A stretch of 63,185 nt of DNA, filler included, from Licmophora abbreviata (Eukaryota), in NCBI GenBank assembly GCA_900291995.1. It is 20 parts of 20 records of this genome, joined end to end, with 100 filler letters (N's around TTAATTAATTAA, not from the genome) between each part and the next. Parts side by side here need not be neighbours in the genome. Positions count along the whole stretch, not along the records: positions 26,665 to 31,204 come from OLMU01003786.1; positions 31,305 to 32,767 come from OLMU01003787.1; positions 32,868 to 37,296 come from OLMU01003788.1; positions 37,397 to 38,983 come from OLMU01003789.1; positions 39,084 to 41,671 come from OLMU01003791.1; 15 more parts are not named here. The stretch is one strand, 5' to 3'. Of the stretch, positions 29,734-41,018 are shown one piece after another. The notes under the pieces were generated by a model that did no database searches, was not told where the DNA came from, and saw only the letters and a program-made list of their open reading frames with translations. The first letter of the stretch is position 1; every line of letters starts with the position of its first letter. The position numbers and the translations under genes were made by a program.

Positions 29734-30582
29734 ATGGCCGATCTGAGCACACAAGCCCCCGCGCGCGGTCTGACCCTGCCGAAGGTCAACAGCCGGGCTG
29801 TGGTGATGACGCTGTACCTGGTGTTCCTGATGCTGCCGATCTACTGGCTGGTGAACATGAGCCTGAAGACCAATGCCGAGATCCTTGGCGAATTCTCGCT
29901 CTGGCCCCGGGATCTGACGCTGCAGAACTATGTGACGATCCTGACCGATGCCAGCTGGTACATGGGCTATGTCAATTCGCTGATCTATGTGGTGATGAAC
30001 ACGGTGATTTCGGTGGCGGTGGCGCTGCCGGCGGCCTATGCGTTCAGCCGCTATCACTTCATGGGCGACAAGCATCTGTTCTTCTGGCTGCTGACCAACC
30101 GGATGGCGCCGCCCGCGGTGTTCGCGCTGCCGTTCTTTCAGCTTTATTCGTCGGTGGGCCTGTTCGATACGCATATCGCCGTGGCGCTGGCGCATTGCCT
30201 GTTCAACGTGCCGCTGGCGGTGTGGATCCTTGAAGGGTTCATGCGTGGCGTGCCCAAGGAGATCGACGAGACCGCCTATATCGACGGCTACAGCTTCGGG
30301 CGGTTCTTCGTGAAGATCTTCATGCCGCTGATCGCCTCGGGCATCGGGGTCGCGGCGTTCTTCTGCTTCATGTTCTCATGGGTGGAGCTGCTGCTGAGCC
30401 GGACGCTGACATCGGTGGACGCAAAGCCCATCGCGGCGACGATGACGCGCACGGTATCGGCCAGCGGACTGGATTGGGGCGTGCTGGCAGCGGCGGGTGT
30501 CCTGACGATCGTGCCGGGCGCCTTGGTCATCTACTTCGTGCGCAATTACATCGCCAAGGGCTTTGCCCTGGGCCGGGTTTAG
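29734..30582 (+). CDS. Carbohydrate ABC permease (rhizobial GlpQ-like)
   Basis: TM segments and EAA loop IDETAYIDG. Confidence 0.9.
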   Translation: MADLSTQAPARGLTLPKVNSRAVVMTLYLVFLMLPIYWLVNMSLKTNAEILGEFSLWPRDLTLQNYVTILTDASWYMGYVNSLIYVVMNTVISVAVALPAAYAFSRYHFMGDKHLFFWLLTNRMAPPAVFALPFFQLYSSVGLFDTHIAVALAHCLFNVPLAVWILEGFMRGVPKEIDETAYIDGYSFGRFFVKIFMPLIASGIGVAAFFCFMFSWVELLLSRTLTSVDAKPIAATMTRTVSASGLDWGVLAAAGVLTIVPGALVIYFVRNYIAKGFALGRV

Positions 30583-30597
30583 GAAGGGAGAGACGTC

Positions 30598-30870
30598 ATG
30601 GACTGGATGGCATGGACATGGCCGACAGCGATTTTTTTCCTGAGCATCGCGGGGCTTCTCATTATCTTTTCGATCCTTGCGATCAAGTTCCCCGAAACGC
30701 CGCGCACGGGCATTCTGCGGATCGAGACGACGCGGGGGGATCGCCTTTTCATCACACTTCTGGGGTCGGCCTTCATCAATCTGGGCTGGCTCGGGATTGT
30801 CGGCGCGCATCAGCCATATGCGCTGCTGGTTTGCCTGATCTATGCCTTTGCGGTGTTTCGCTGGGTCTAG
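30598..30870 (+). CDS. DUF2160 small membrane protein (GlpU-like)
   Basis: WMAWT...TTRGDRLF...WV, positioned between the permeases and the binding protein. Confidence 0.85.
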   Translation: MDWMAWTWPTAIFFLSIAGLLIIFSILAIKFPETPRTGILRIETTRGDRLFITLLGSAFINLGWLGIVGAHQPYALLVCLIYAFAVFRWV

Positions 30871-30970
30871 GAACAGGCAGCGGGCCGGGGAGGGAGGAGA
30901 CCCGGCGCGCTTATCACGCAGTTCCTCGACAAAAGACGATTGAACGGTTCAAAAGGGAGGAAATAGACCA

Positions 30971-32104
30971 ATGAACCTGACCTTGAAATCAACAACGGCC
31001 CTGGGGCTTGCCCTGACGCTGATGTCCGGCCCGGCCTTTGCCGGAATGGACGAGGCGCGCGCCTTCCTGGATTCGGAGATCGGCGATATGTCGGTTCTGA
31101 CCCGTGAGGAGCAGGAAGCCGAGATGCAATGGTTCGTCGATGCCGCGCAGCCGTTTGCGGGCATGGATATCCGGGTGGTGTCAGAGACCATCACCACGCA
31201 TGAANNNNNNNNNNNNNNNNNNNNNNNNNNNNNNNNNNNNNNNNNNNNTTAATTAATTAANNNNNNNNNNNNNNNNNNNNNNNNNNNNNNNNNNNNNNNN
31301 NNNNCGGCGGCTGTCTATGCGGTGGAAAAGGCGATCGAATGGCTGCAGAAATACTCGCCCCCCGCAGCACAGGGCATGACCTTCTCGGAGGCTGGCCCGA
31401 TCCCCGCACAGGGCAATGTGGCCCAGCAGATGTTCTGGTACACTGCCTTCACCGCAGCCTCGGTCGAGCCTGATCTTCCGGTGATGAACGAGGATGGCAC
31501 GCCCAAGTGGCGCATGGCCCCCAGCCCGCATGGCGCCTATTGGCAGGACGGCATGAAGGTCGGATATCAGGATGTGGGCAGCTGGACGCTGATGAAATCC
31601 ACACCTGTGGATCGTGCCAAGGCGGCATGGCTGTATGCGCAGTTCGTGACATCCAAGACCATCGACGTGAAGAAAAGCCATGTCGGTCTGACCTTCGTGC
31701 GTGAAAGCAGCATCCAGCATGACAGCTTTACCGAGCGCGCGCCGAAACTGGGCGGTCTGGTGGAATTCTACCGCAGCCCGGCGCGCACCCAGTGGTCGCC
31801 CACCGGCACAAACGTCCCCGACTACCCGAAGCTGGCACAGCTGTGGTGGCAGAATATCGGTGACGCGATGTCGGGCGCCAAGACCGCCAAAGAGGCGCTG
31901 GACAGCCTGTGCAGCGACATGGAAAACGTCATGGCGCGTCTGGAGCGTGCCGGCGTTCAGGGCGATATCGGCCCGGTCATGAACGAAGAGCAGGGCGAAG
32001 ACTATTGGCTGGCACAGCCCGGGTCGCCCAAGCCCAAGCTGGAAAACGAGGAAGAAGAGCCGATCACCGTCAGCTATGACGAGCTGATCGCGAGCTGGAA
32101 GTAA
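30971..32104 (+). CDS. Glycerol ABC transporter substrate-binding protein (GlpV-like; split by gap 31205-31304)
   Basis: Signal peptide, VVSETITTHE and WSPTGTNVPDYPKLAQLWW. Confidence 0.9.
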
Positions 32105-32200
32105 GCTCTTTGCTTGACGGGGCGGCGGCTGACGTCGCCCCGTTTCAACTCCCTGTTGGCCGGACATGCGCACCGCATGACAGACTGGCCCGGCCAGACT

Positions 32201-32231
32201 GCGGCCGCTACAAGAGTGGCGGCCGCTTTTT
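32201..32231 (+). terminator. Intrinsic terminator-like hairpin between the binding-protein gene and glpK
   Basis: GCGGCCGC...GCGGCCGC stem followed by TTTTT. Confidence 0.6.
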
Positions 32232-32260
32232 CACAAGACAGACTGCGCAGGACAAGACAG

Positions 32261-32767
32261 ATGACGCATATCCTAGCCATCGACCAAGGCACCACATCGA
32301 GCCGGGCGATCCTGTTCGACAGTGATATGAAACTGGTTGCCACCGCGCAGGAGGAATTTCGCCAGCATTACCCGGATTCGGGCTGGGTCGAGCATGACCC
32401 CAATGATCTGTGGTCGACCACCGCCGGCACCTGCCGCGAAGTGATCGAACGCGCCGGGTTGCGCGGCACGGATATCGCCGCCATCGGGATCACCAACCAA
32501 AGGGAAACCACCCTTGTGTGGGATCGCAAGACAGGGGTGCCCATTTATAATGCGATTGTCTGGCAGGATCGGCGCACCGCAGGATATTGCCGCGAGCTGC
32601 GAGATGCGGGCCATGAGCCGATGGTCAGCGATCGCACCGGCCTGCTGCTGGACCCGTATTTTTCGGGCACCAAGCTGAAATGGATTCTCGATAACGTGGA
32701 CGGCGCCCGCGCGCGGGCCGAGAAGGGCGAGCTTCTGTTCGGCACGGTGGACAGTTTCCTGATCTGG
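32261..32767 (+). CDS. glpK: Glycerol kinase (3' end in gap)
   Basis: [26 protein letters not shown] and DPYFSGTK. Confidence 0.96.
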
Positions 32768-32867
32768 NNNNNNNNNNNNNNNNNNNNNNNNNNNNNNNNN
32801 NNNNNNNNNNNTTAATTAATTAANNNNNNNNNNNNNNNNNNNNNNNNNNNNNNNNNNNNNNNNNNNN

Positions 32868-33809
32868 CTCCACGACATAGCGATCGCCGACCGCCGTCCG
32901 CTTCATGTCGATGCCCCGGTCGTTCAGATACCGCTCCAGCCCGAGGTTCGACATCACCGTGGCCACCAGCGCATCGCCCGCCAACCGGCCTTCCTGATGC
33001 CAACGCCCCGCGATCAGACCCATGATCTGATCCCCATCTGCGATCTGGCCCTTCTCGTCGATCAGCACCACGCGATCCGCGTCGCCATCAAGGCAGATGC
33101 CGATATCGGCGCGGGTCTCGATCACCTTCTTGGCGGCGGCCTCCGGATGGGTCGAGCCACAGTTGCGGTTGATATTGGACCCGTCCGGCTCCACGCCCAT
33201 CGAGATCACCTCGGCGCCAAGCTCCCACAGAACGGCGGGCGCGGTCTTGTAGGCGGCGCCATTGGCGCAATCCACCACGATCCGCAGCCCGTCCAGTCGG
33301 CGCCGGGACGGAAAGGTGGTCTTGGCATATTCCACATACCGGCCCATGGCATCGTCAAAGCGCTTGGCCCGCCCGATATTTTCCGGGGCGGCGGCCTGTA
33401 CGCCTTCCATCATCAGCGCCTCGATCCCGGCCTCCGCCTCGTCGCTCAGCTTGAAGCCATCCGGCCCGAAGAACTTGATCCCGTTATCCGATGCCGGATT
33501 ATGACTGGCCGAGATCATCACCCCCACATCGGCGCGCAGCCCGTGCGTCAGGTATCCGATCGCCGGTGTCGGCATCGGCCCCAGAAGGAAAACGTTCATC
33601 CCCGTCGAGGTAAAGCCCGCCGTCAGCGCGTTCTCGATCATGTAGCCCGACAGCCGCGTGTCTTTGCCGATGACCACCCGGTGCTCCTGCGTGTCGCGCC
33701 GGAAATAGCGCCCTGCCGCAGCCCCCAGCTTCAGCGCGATTTCTGCTGTCATCGGCCAGCTGTTGGCCCGTCCTCGCACACCGTCGGTGCCGAATAGTTT
33801 CTGGGACAT
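32868..33809 (-). CDS. glmM: Phosphoglucosamine mutase (3' end in gap)
   Basis: [22 protein letters not shown] and VMSNLG. Confidence 0.95.
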
Positions 33810-34030
33810 GCTTTGCGTCCTTCGTCTCTGTCCTGCCACTCGCAACTTCGGGTTTCTCAATAGCTGTGCCATGCGCCCCTGTCCAATGGCCATGGTTCCG
33901 GTCGGCCATCCGCTGCCGTGCTCTGGTTTTCTCGCCACGGTTGCCGATCCGCCCGGTGATCTGTGATTGACGCGTTTGCCACCGGGCGGCATTAAGGATC
34001 TGTGTGCAGGGGTCTGAAAGGTAATCAACC

Positions 34031-35377
34031 ATGAAAATCGCGATGATCGGAACCGGCTATGTGGGCCTTGTCTCCGGTGTGTGCTTCTCGGATTTCGGGC
34101 ATGATGTCGTCTGCGTCGACAAGGACCCCCGCAAGATCGAAATGCTCGAACGCGGCGAGGTGCCGATCTTTGAGCCGGGTCTCGATGCGCTGCTGGAAAA
34201 GAACGTCGAGGCGGGGCGCCTTTCGTTCACCGGCGATCTGGCGCAGGCCATCGAAGGGGCCGAAGCCGTGTTCATCGCCGTCGGCACGCCCACCCGGCGC
34301 GGCGACGGTCACGCCGATCTCACCTATGTCATGGCCGCAGCCGAGGAAATCGCCCGCGCCGCCAGCCAATATGTCGTCGTCGTCACCAAGTCGACCGTTC
34401 CCGTCGGCACCAACCGGCAGGTCAAGCAGGTGATGAAAAAGGCCAACCCCGATCTCGATTTCGACGTGGCCTCCAACCCCGAATTCCTGCGCGAAGGTGC
34501 GGCGATCGAGGATTTCATGAAGCCCGACCGCGTTGTCGTCGGCGTTCAGACGGAACGCGCCGCCGATGTCATGGCCGAGATCTACCGCCCGCTTTACCTG
34601 CGCGAATTCCCGATCCTGACCACCGATCTGGAATCCGCCGAGATGATCAAATACGCCGCCAATGCCTTTCTCGCGACCAAGATCACTTTCATCAACGAAA
34701 TCGCGGCGCTCTGCGAACGCACCGGCGCCGATGTGAAACAGGTCGCTCAGGGCATGGGCCTTGACGGTCGGATCGGCAACAAGTTCCTGCATGCCGGTCC
34801 CGGCTATGGCGGCAGCTGTTTTCCCAAGGACACCCGCGCACTGGCCCGCACCGGTCAGGAACATGGCGTGCCGCTGCACATCACCGAGGCGGTGATCGCC
34901 GTGAACGAGGATGTCAAACGCCGCATGATCGACAAGCTTCTGGACATGTGCGACGGCACGTTCAACGGCAAGACCATCGGCATCCTTGGCGTCACCTTCA
35001 AGCCCAACACCGACGACATGCGCGAGGCGCCCGCCCTGACCATCGTGCCCTCCCTTGTCGGCAGCGGTGCCAAAGTCCGTGTCTGCGATCCGCAAGGTCG
35101 GCGCGAGGGCGAGCATCTTCTACCCGGTGTGCAATGGCATGACGACGCCTATAAATGCGCCAACAATGCCGATCTTCTGGTGATCCTGACCGAATGGAAC
35201 GAGTTTCGCGCCCTCGATCTCAAGCGTATCGCGCGCAAGATGGCGACGCCGCGCCTTGCCGATCTGCGCAACATCTATTCGGTCAAGGACGCCAAGCGCG
35301 CGGGCTTCGACGCATATGAAAGCATCGGTCGCTCGGGCTTCGTCGCTGATGCCGGTGAAGATCGCAAAACCGCCTGA
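34031..35377 (+). CDS. ugd: UDP-glucose 6-dehydrogenase
   Basis: [31 protein letters not shown] and FKPNTDDMR. Confidence 0.95.
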   Translation: MKIAMIGTGYVGLVSGVCFSDFGHDVVCVDKDPRKIEMLERGEVPIFEPGLDALLEKNVEAGRLSFTGDLAQAIEGAEAVFIAVGTPTRRGDGHADLTYVMAAAEEIARAASQYVVVVTKSTVPVGTNRQVKQVMKKANPDLDFDVASNPEFLREGAAIEDFMKPDRVVVGVQTERAADVMAEIYRPLYLREFPILTTDLESAEMIKYAANAFLATKITFINEIAALCERTGADVKQVAQGMGLDGRIGNKFLHAGPGYGGSCFPKDTRALARTGQEHGVPLHITEAVIAVNEDVKRRMIDKLLDMCDGTFNGKTIGILGVTFKPNTDDMREAPALTIVPSLVGSGAKVRVCDPQGRREGEHLLPGVQWHDDAYKCANNADLLVILTEWNEFRALDLKRIARKMATPRLADLRNIYSVKDAKRAGFDAYESIGRSGFVADAGEDRKTA

Positions 35378-36541
35378 TTACCGGTTGTCTGAGGCCAGGC
35401 GCCGCTCCACAAGCCTTGCCCAGAAGACCGCTCCCGGCGCCAATGCGGCATCGTTGAACTCGTAATCGCTGGAATGCAGCGGGCGTGCATGCCTGCCGTC
35501 GGTGCCATTGCCCATCAGCACGAAACAGCCCGGCACGCGCGCCGCCATATGGGCGAAATCCTCGGAAAACAGCTTGGGTGCGCAGACCCCGTCGATTGAA
35601 ATTCCCAGATCATCCGCTGTCGCCACCGCCTCGGCCACCGGGCCGGGCGCATTGATCGTCGGCGGAAAGATCGTCTCGTAGCTGACCGTCGCACTGACCC
35701 CATGCGCGGTGCAAATGCCCTCCACCAGCTGTCGCATGGCGGCCTCGATCCCGGCGTTGGTCTCGGGCGTCAGGGCGCGCGCGTCACCACTCAGCGTGGC
35801 ATGCCCCGGCAGCACGTTGCGCCGCCCGTCTGTGCTGAATTCCGTGACCGACACGACACCGTTCTGCGCAGGGTCCAGCTTGCGTGACACGATCGTTTGC
35901 AGCGCACCGACGATCTGCGCCCCCACGGTGATCGCATCGACGCCCATATGGGGCAGCGCCGCGTGACCGCCGCGCGCCGAAACCTCGATCTCGAACAGCG
36001 CTTCGCTGGCGGTGATCGGCCCGGCGCGGGTGGCGAACTGGCCGACCGGCAGGCCGGGGATGTTGTGCGCGCCATAAATCTCGTCGATGCCGAACCGCTC
36101 GAACAGCCCATCCGCGATCATCGCCGCGGCCCCTTCGCCATGTTCTTCATTGGGCTGAAAGACGAACACCGCGCGCCCGCTGAAAGCGCCACCTTCCGCC
36201 AGCAGACTCGCTGCGCCAAGCGCCATGGTCATATGCCCGTCATGTCCGCAGGCATGCATCTGCCCCGCGATCTCGGATGCATGGTCCAGCCCGGTCTCTT
36301 CGGTGATCGGCAGCGCGTCCATATCGGCCCGGATGCCGATGCTGCGCGTGCCATTGCCCCTCTGCAAGACACCGACAACGCCGCATCCCCCGATGCCGCG
36401 ATGCACCTCAAGCCCGAAGCTTTCCAGCAAACCGGCCACGCGCTCACTGGTCCACGGCAGATCGAAGCCCAGTTCCGGATGCCGGTGAAAGCCATGACGC
36501 CAGTCGCGCATCTGTGGCTCAAGGCGGGCGATCCGCTCCAT
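35378..36541 (-). CDS. M20D amidohydrolase (hippurate hydrolase-like)
   Basis: HRHPEL, RADMDAL, HACGHDGH, FQPNEE, SEDF and LHS. Confidence 0.92.
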   Translation of the reverse strand: MERIARLEPQMRDWRHGFHRHPELGFDLPWTSERVAGLLESFGLEVHRGIGGCGVVGVLQRGNGTRSIGIRADMDALPITEETGLDHASEIAGQMHACGHDGHMTMALGAASLLAEGGAFSGRAVFVFQPNEEHGEGAAAMIADGLFERFGIDEIYGAHNIPGLPVGQFATRAGPITASEALFEIEVSARGGHAALPHMGVDAITVGAQIVGALQTIVSRKLDPAQNGVVSVTEFSTDGRRNVLPGHATLSGDARALTPETNAGIEAAMRQLVEGICTAHGVSATVSYETIFPPTINAPGPVAEAVATADDLGISIDGVCAPKLFSEDFAHMAARVPGCFVLMGNGTDGRHARPLHSSDYEFNDAALAPGAVFWARLVERRLASDNR

Positions 36542-36545
36542 CCGA

Positions 36546-37876
36546 CTACCCCTTCGGCGCGATCAGGATCGCGCGGAAATCGTTGACATTGGTCAGGGTC
36601 GGCCCGGTCACCACCTGATCGCCGATCGCTGCGAAAAAGGAATGCGCATCGTTGCGGGCCAGCGCCTCGGCGGCGTCCACACCTGCCGCGCGCGCCTTGG
36701 TCAACGTGTCCGGCCCAAGGGCGGCGCCCGCCACCTCGGCGGCGCCGTCCACCCCGTCGGTATCACAGGCCATCGCATGAATGCCCTCGGCCCCGTCCAG
36801 AGCAATCGCCATGGCCAGCGCATATTCCGCATTCGGTCCGCCCACGCCATCGCCCTTGCGCTTGACCGTCAACTCTCCACCCGACAACAGCAGCACCGGT
36901 GCATCCCCCGGCCCAAGCGCGCCCTGAATTTCCAAGGCCAGCGCCGCGTGATCGCGCCCCAATTCGCGCGCCTCGCCTTCCAGAGCATCGCCCAGAACCC
37001 TGACGTTCAGACCCTCGGCCCTCCCGATCTCGGCCGCGGCCTCCAATGATTGCGACGGGGCGGCATAGATCACGTTTTCCACCCCCGACAGCCTCGGATC
37101 GCCCGGCGGCACGACGCCGCTTGGCCCCTCCAGCACATCGCGCACCGATTGCGGCACCTCGATCCCGTGCCGCTCCAGAATGGCGCGCGCATCTGCGGGG
37201 GTGCTGGCATCCCCCACCGTCGGGCCCGAGCCGATCATCGCCGGATCACCGCCCGGCACGTCCGAAATCAGCAGCGTCAGCATTCGCGCGGGATGTNNNN
37301 NNNNNNNNNNNNNNNNNNNNNNNNNNNNNNNNNNNNNNNNTTAATTAATTAANNNNNNNNNNNNNNNNNNNNNNNNNNNNNNNNNNNNNNNNNNNNGCTC
37401 AGATGCTTGCGCAAAACGTTCATCTGTCCAATCGGCGCCCCTGAGGACAAAAGCGCCGAGTTCACCGCCTGTTTTTCCCTCAGCGTGATCGCCCCCGCAG
37501 GCTGCACCAGCAGCGCCGACGCCCCGCCCGAGATCAGCGCCAGCACCATGTCCCCCTCGCCAAGCCCCCGCATCAGCTCCAGCATGCGCGCGGTGGCCTG
37601 CAGCCCGGCGCTATCCGGCACCGGATGCGCCGCTTCCACGATCTCGATCCCCTTGCAGGGCCGGGCATAGCCATAGCGTGTGATGACCAGCCCTTCGCAG
37701 GGGCCGTAAACCGCCTCGACGGCCTCGGCCATCCGCGCGCTCGCCTTGCCCGCGCCGATCACCACCAGCCGCCCCTCGGGGCGCTCGGGCAGGGCCTGTG
37801 CCAGGCTTTGCATGGGGTCGGCCACCTCGACTGCCCGGTCGAACAGGCGGCGCAGGAAGGGGATCGGATCGGACAT
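36546..37876 (-). CDS. Glycerate 2-kinase (MOFRL/TtuD family; split by gap 37297-37396)
   Basis: GAGKAS, AAHPVPD, ISGGASAL, ISDVPG, DTDGVDG and TGPTLTNVNDFR. Confidence 0.9.
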
Positions 37877-38055
37877 CGGGACACGGGCCTTTCGCATGTG
37901 ACACCCGGCACCCTAAAGCGTTTCGCGACAAACCTGAATCACAGATTTTCGCGAAATGCAGGGTGCTGTTCAATCGGTATGCGTGGTGGCGCGCGGCCGC
38001 CTGCAAACATCAGCACAGCTTGACAATCCACGGGTGGCGCGCGACAGACGCGGCC

Positions 38056-38433
38056 ATGTTCATGACCTTTCTCCAGGTGGCCCTCGGCGGCGCGATCGGT
38101 GCGATGCTGCGCTTCGGCACCGGCCTTGCGATGCTGCGGCTCAGTGGCCCCGGCTTTCCCGTCGGTGTGCTCAGCGTCAATGTGCTGGGCTCTTTCCTGA
38201 TCGGGGTCTTTGCCGTGGTCTCGACCCAGAAGGGCCTGACGCATCTCAATCCGCTGGTCATGGCCGGGCTTCTGGGCGGGTTCACCACATTCTCGGCTTT
38301 CTCGCTCGAGGCCTTCACCCTCTACGAGCGCGGCCAGCTTGGCTCGGCGGGGCTTTACGTTGTGTTGTCGGTCATCGGGTCACTGGCCGCATTGGCGCTT
38401 GGCGTCTGGATTGCACGGGGGATATGGGCATGA
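38056..38433 (+). CDS. crcB: Fluoride efflux channel Fluc
   Basis: GGAIGAMLR, NVLGSF and GGFTTFSAFS. Confidence 0.93.
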   Translation: MFMTFLQVALGGAIGAMLRFGTGLAMLRLSGPGFPVGVLSVNVLGSFLIGVFAVVSTQKGLTHLNPLVMAGLLGGFTTFSAFSLEAFTLYERGQLGSAGLYVVLSVIGSLAALALGVWIARGIWA

Positions 38434-38983
38434 GCGGCGTTCAGACATTGACGGTCACCGAAGGCGATGCCGACCAGCGGCTTGACCGCTGGCTGCGCCG
38501 GCACTTCCCGCATGTGTCCCAAGGGCGCATCGAAAAACTGTGCCGCAAGGGCGAGCTTCGGGTCGATGGCGGCCGCGTCAAGGCCAACACCCGGCTCGAG
38601 GTGGGCCAGCAGGTCCGCATCCCGCCGCTGCCCGATCCCGGTCAGATCGACAGCACGTCGCCGCACAGCCGCATCAGCGATGCCGACGCGCGCATGATCC
38701 AATCCGCCGTGATCTACCGCGACGACCACATCATCGCGCTGAACAAGCCCCCGGGCCTGCCGGTGCAGGGCGGCAGCAAGCAGACCCGCCATGTCGACGG
38801 GCTGGCCGATGCGCTGCGCTTCGGCGCCGAGGAAAAGCCACGCCTCGTGCACCGGCTCGACAAGGACACCTCGGGCGTCCTGATCCTCGCCCGCAGTCGC
38901 GCCGTGGCCAAGACCCTGACCGCCGGGTTCCGTCACCGCGACACCCGCAAGATCTACTGGGCGGCCGTCGCCGGTGTGCCAAG
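38430..38983 (+). CDS. RluA/RluC-family 23S rRNA pseudouridine synthase (3' end in gap)
   Basis: S4 domain (RLDRWL), NKPPGL and HRLDKDTSG. Confidence 0.92.
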
Positions 38984-39083
38984 NNNNNNNNNNNNNNNNN
39001 NNNNNNNNNNNNNNNNNNNNNNNNNNNTTAATTAATTAANNNNNNNNNNNNNNNNNNNNNNNNNNNNNNNNNNNNNNNNNNNN

Positions 39084-39662
39084 GCCGAATGGGACGCGCA
39101 GGAGGATGTGATCAACCCGCACTCGATGCCGGTGACCCGTGCCGCCAACGCCGCCATCGATAAGGTCCGCCACCAGCATGCCGAAGTGGCGCAGATGCTG
39201 GCCGATTACGGCGACGCGGATCTGCTCTGCTACCGCGCCGCAAGCCCGGTCGAACTGGTCCGCCGTCAGTCCGAGGCATGGGACCCCCTGCTTGACTGGG
39301 CCGAAGCGACATTCGGCGTGCGTCTTCGTACCCTGACAGGGGTCATGCATGCGCCGCAGGACGAGGCCGCACTTGCCGCTTTGACAGGCCCCGTGCACAA
39401 AATGGATGCATTCACCCTGACAGCCTTTCACGATCTCGTCAGCCTGTCCGGCTCTCTGGTCATTGGGTTCGCCGCCCTGACCGGCCACCGCACCCCCGAG
39501 GCCCTCTGGCAGCTCTCCCGCGTGGATGAGCAATGGCAGGCAGAGCTTTGGGGCGTTGACGAAGAAGCCGCGGAACAGGCAGCGCTAAAAGAATCTGACT
39601 TTCTGGCCGCCAAGAGGTTTCATGATCTTTCGGGCGCGCCGCGCTCCTGGCTTCAGGACTGA
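39084..39662 (+). CDS. ATP12 F1-ATPase chaperone family protein (5' end in gap)
   Basis: MPVTRAANAAID, DLLCYRA and VDEQWQAELWG. Confidence 0.88.
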   Translation, partial: AEWDAQEDVINPHSMPVTRAANAAIDKVRHQHAEVAQMLADYGDADLLCYRAASPVELVRRQSEAWDPLLDWAEATFGVRLRTLTGVMHAPQDEAALAALTGPVHKMDAFTLTAFHDLVSLSGSLVIGFAALTGHRTPEALWQLSRVDEQWQAELWGVDEEAAEQAALKESDFLAAKRFHDLSGAPRSWLQD

Positions 39663-39845
39663 TTTACGTTACGATACCCTATGCCAAGGATCATTGTTTT
39701 TGGTGATCCGGGTCTTGACCTTTTGTGATGAATCCAACCAAACTTGATGCCACTGACTGGGTTTTGTCCCGGTTCACAGTAAGCTCGGATCTTCCGGGCC
39801 GCACAAACCGTTCGTGAACGAGCGGACAATCAGGAAGAGGTAAAC

Positions 39846-40862
39846 ATGAAAAAAACCGTGATTCTGGGCGCGTTGACTATCGCCGGGCTTTCCGCTGGCG
39901 CCGCTGCAGCAGCCACGCTTGACGACGTCAAGGCCCGTGGCAAGCTGAACTGTGGCGTGACGACGGGCCTTGTCGGCTTCGCTGCGCCTGACGCAAACGG
40001 CGAATGGCAGGGGTTCGATGTTGGTGTGTGCCGTGCTGTTGCTGCTGCTGTTCTCGGTGATCCGACCGCAGTCGAATTCGTTCCCACGACCGGCAAGACG
40101 CGCTTCACCGCGCTGGCCTCGGGCGAAATCGACCTTCTGGCACGTAATACCACATGGACCTTCTCGCGCGATGTCGACCTGAAGTTCGAATTCGTCGGCG
40201 TGAACTACTACGACGGTCAGGGTTTCATGGTTCCGAAGTCGCTGGGTGTCACCTCGGCCAAGGAACTCGATGGCGCAACAGTCTGCATCCAGACCGGCAC
40301 CACCACCGAGCTGAACCTCGCGGATTTCTTCCGTGTGAACAACATCAGCTACGAGCCGGTTCCGATCGAAACCAACGCCGAAGCGCAGCCGCTCTATCTG
40401 GAAGGTGCCTGTGACGTCTACACCACCGACGCTTCCGGTCTGGCCGCAACCCGCGCCGCGTTCGAAACGCCCTCTGAGCACGTGATTCTGCCCGAGATCA
40501 TCTCGAAAGAGCCGCTTGGCCCGCTGGTGCGCCACGGCGACAGCGAATGGGGCGATATCGCACGCTGGACGCTGAACGCGCTGATCGCTGCCGAAGAGTA
40601 CGGCGTGACCTCGGCCAATATCGCCGAGCTGGCCAACGGCACCGACAACCCGGAAATCAACCGTCTGCTCGGCACCGAAGGCACTCTGGGCGAAATGCTG
40701 GGTCTGGACGCCGAATGGGCCAAGCGCGCCATCATGGCGGGCGGCAACTATGGCGAGCTGTTCGAGAAGAACATCGGTGAGAACACGCCGATCGGACTCA
40801 GCCGTGGTCTGAATGCCCAGTGGACCGAAGGCGGCCTGCTCTACTCACCGCCCTTCCGCTAA
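39846..40862 (+). CDS. aapJ: General L-amino acid ABC transporter substrate-binding protein (AapJ/BztA)
   Basis: RNTTWTFSRD, YYDGQGF, ISKEPLGP, GNYGE and GGLLYSPPFR. Confidence 0.93.
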   Translation: MKKTVILGALTIAGLSAGAAAAATLDDVKARGKLNCGVTTGLVGFAAPDANGEWQGFDVGVCRAVAAAVLGDPTAVEFVPTTGKTRFTALASGEIDLLARNTTWTFSRDVDLKFEFVGVNYYDGQGFMVPKSLGVTSAKELDGATVCIQTGTTTELNLADFFRVNNISYEPVPIETNAEAQPLYLEGACDVYTTDASGLAATRAAFETPSEHVILPEIISKEPLGPLVRHGDSEWGDIARWTLNALIAAEEYGVTSANIAELANGTDNPEINRLLGTEGTLGEMLGLDAEWAKRAIMAGGNYGELFEKNIGENTPIGLSRGLNAQWTEGGLLYSPPFR

Positions 40863-40873
40863 ACAAACCTGTT

Positions 40874-40900
40874 GAAGGGCGCGGAACTTCCGCGCCCTTC
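40874..40900 (+). terminator. Inverted repeat after aapJ (terminator or mRNA-stabilising stem)
   Basis: GAAGGGCGCGGAA-C-TTCCGCGCCCTTC, perfect 13-bp arms. Confidence 0.6.
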
Positions 40901-41018
40901 CCCTGCGTCCAAGGCATTTCGCGAAACGCCAAGGCGCCAAGACAACAAAGCCGGACCTTCGGGACAGCCTGCGCTGTGATCGATCCATAAAAATGCGCCG
41001 GCAGCCAGGGAAGAATTC

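Noticed and set aside
24966..32767. Glycerol ABC transporter cluster as a possible novel system
   Set aside because: Matches the described rhizobial glpR-glpD-glpSTPQUV-glpK organisation.
37900..38055. Possible fluoride riboswitch upstream of crcB
   Set aside because: The GGCGATGG...AAC...GCT.ATGAC consensus is not present.
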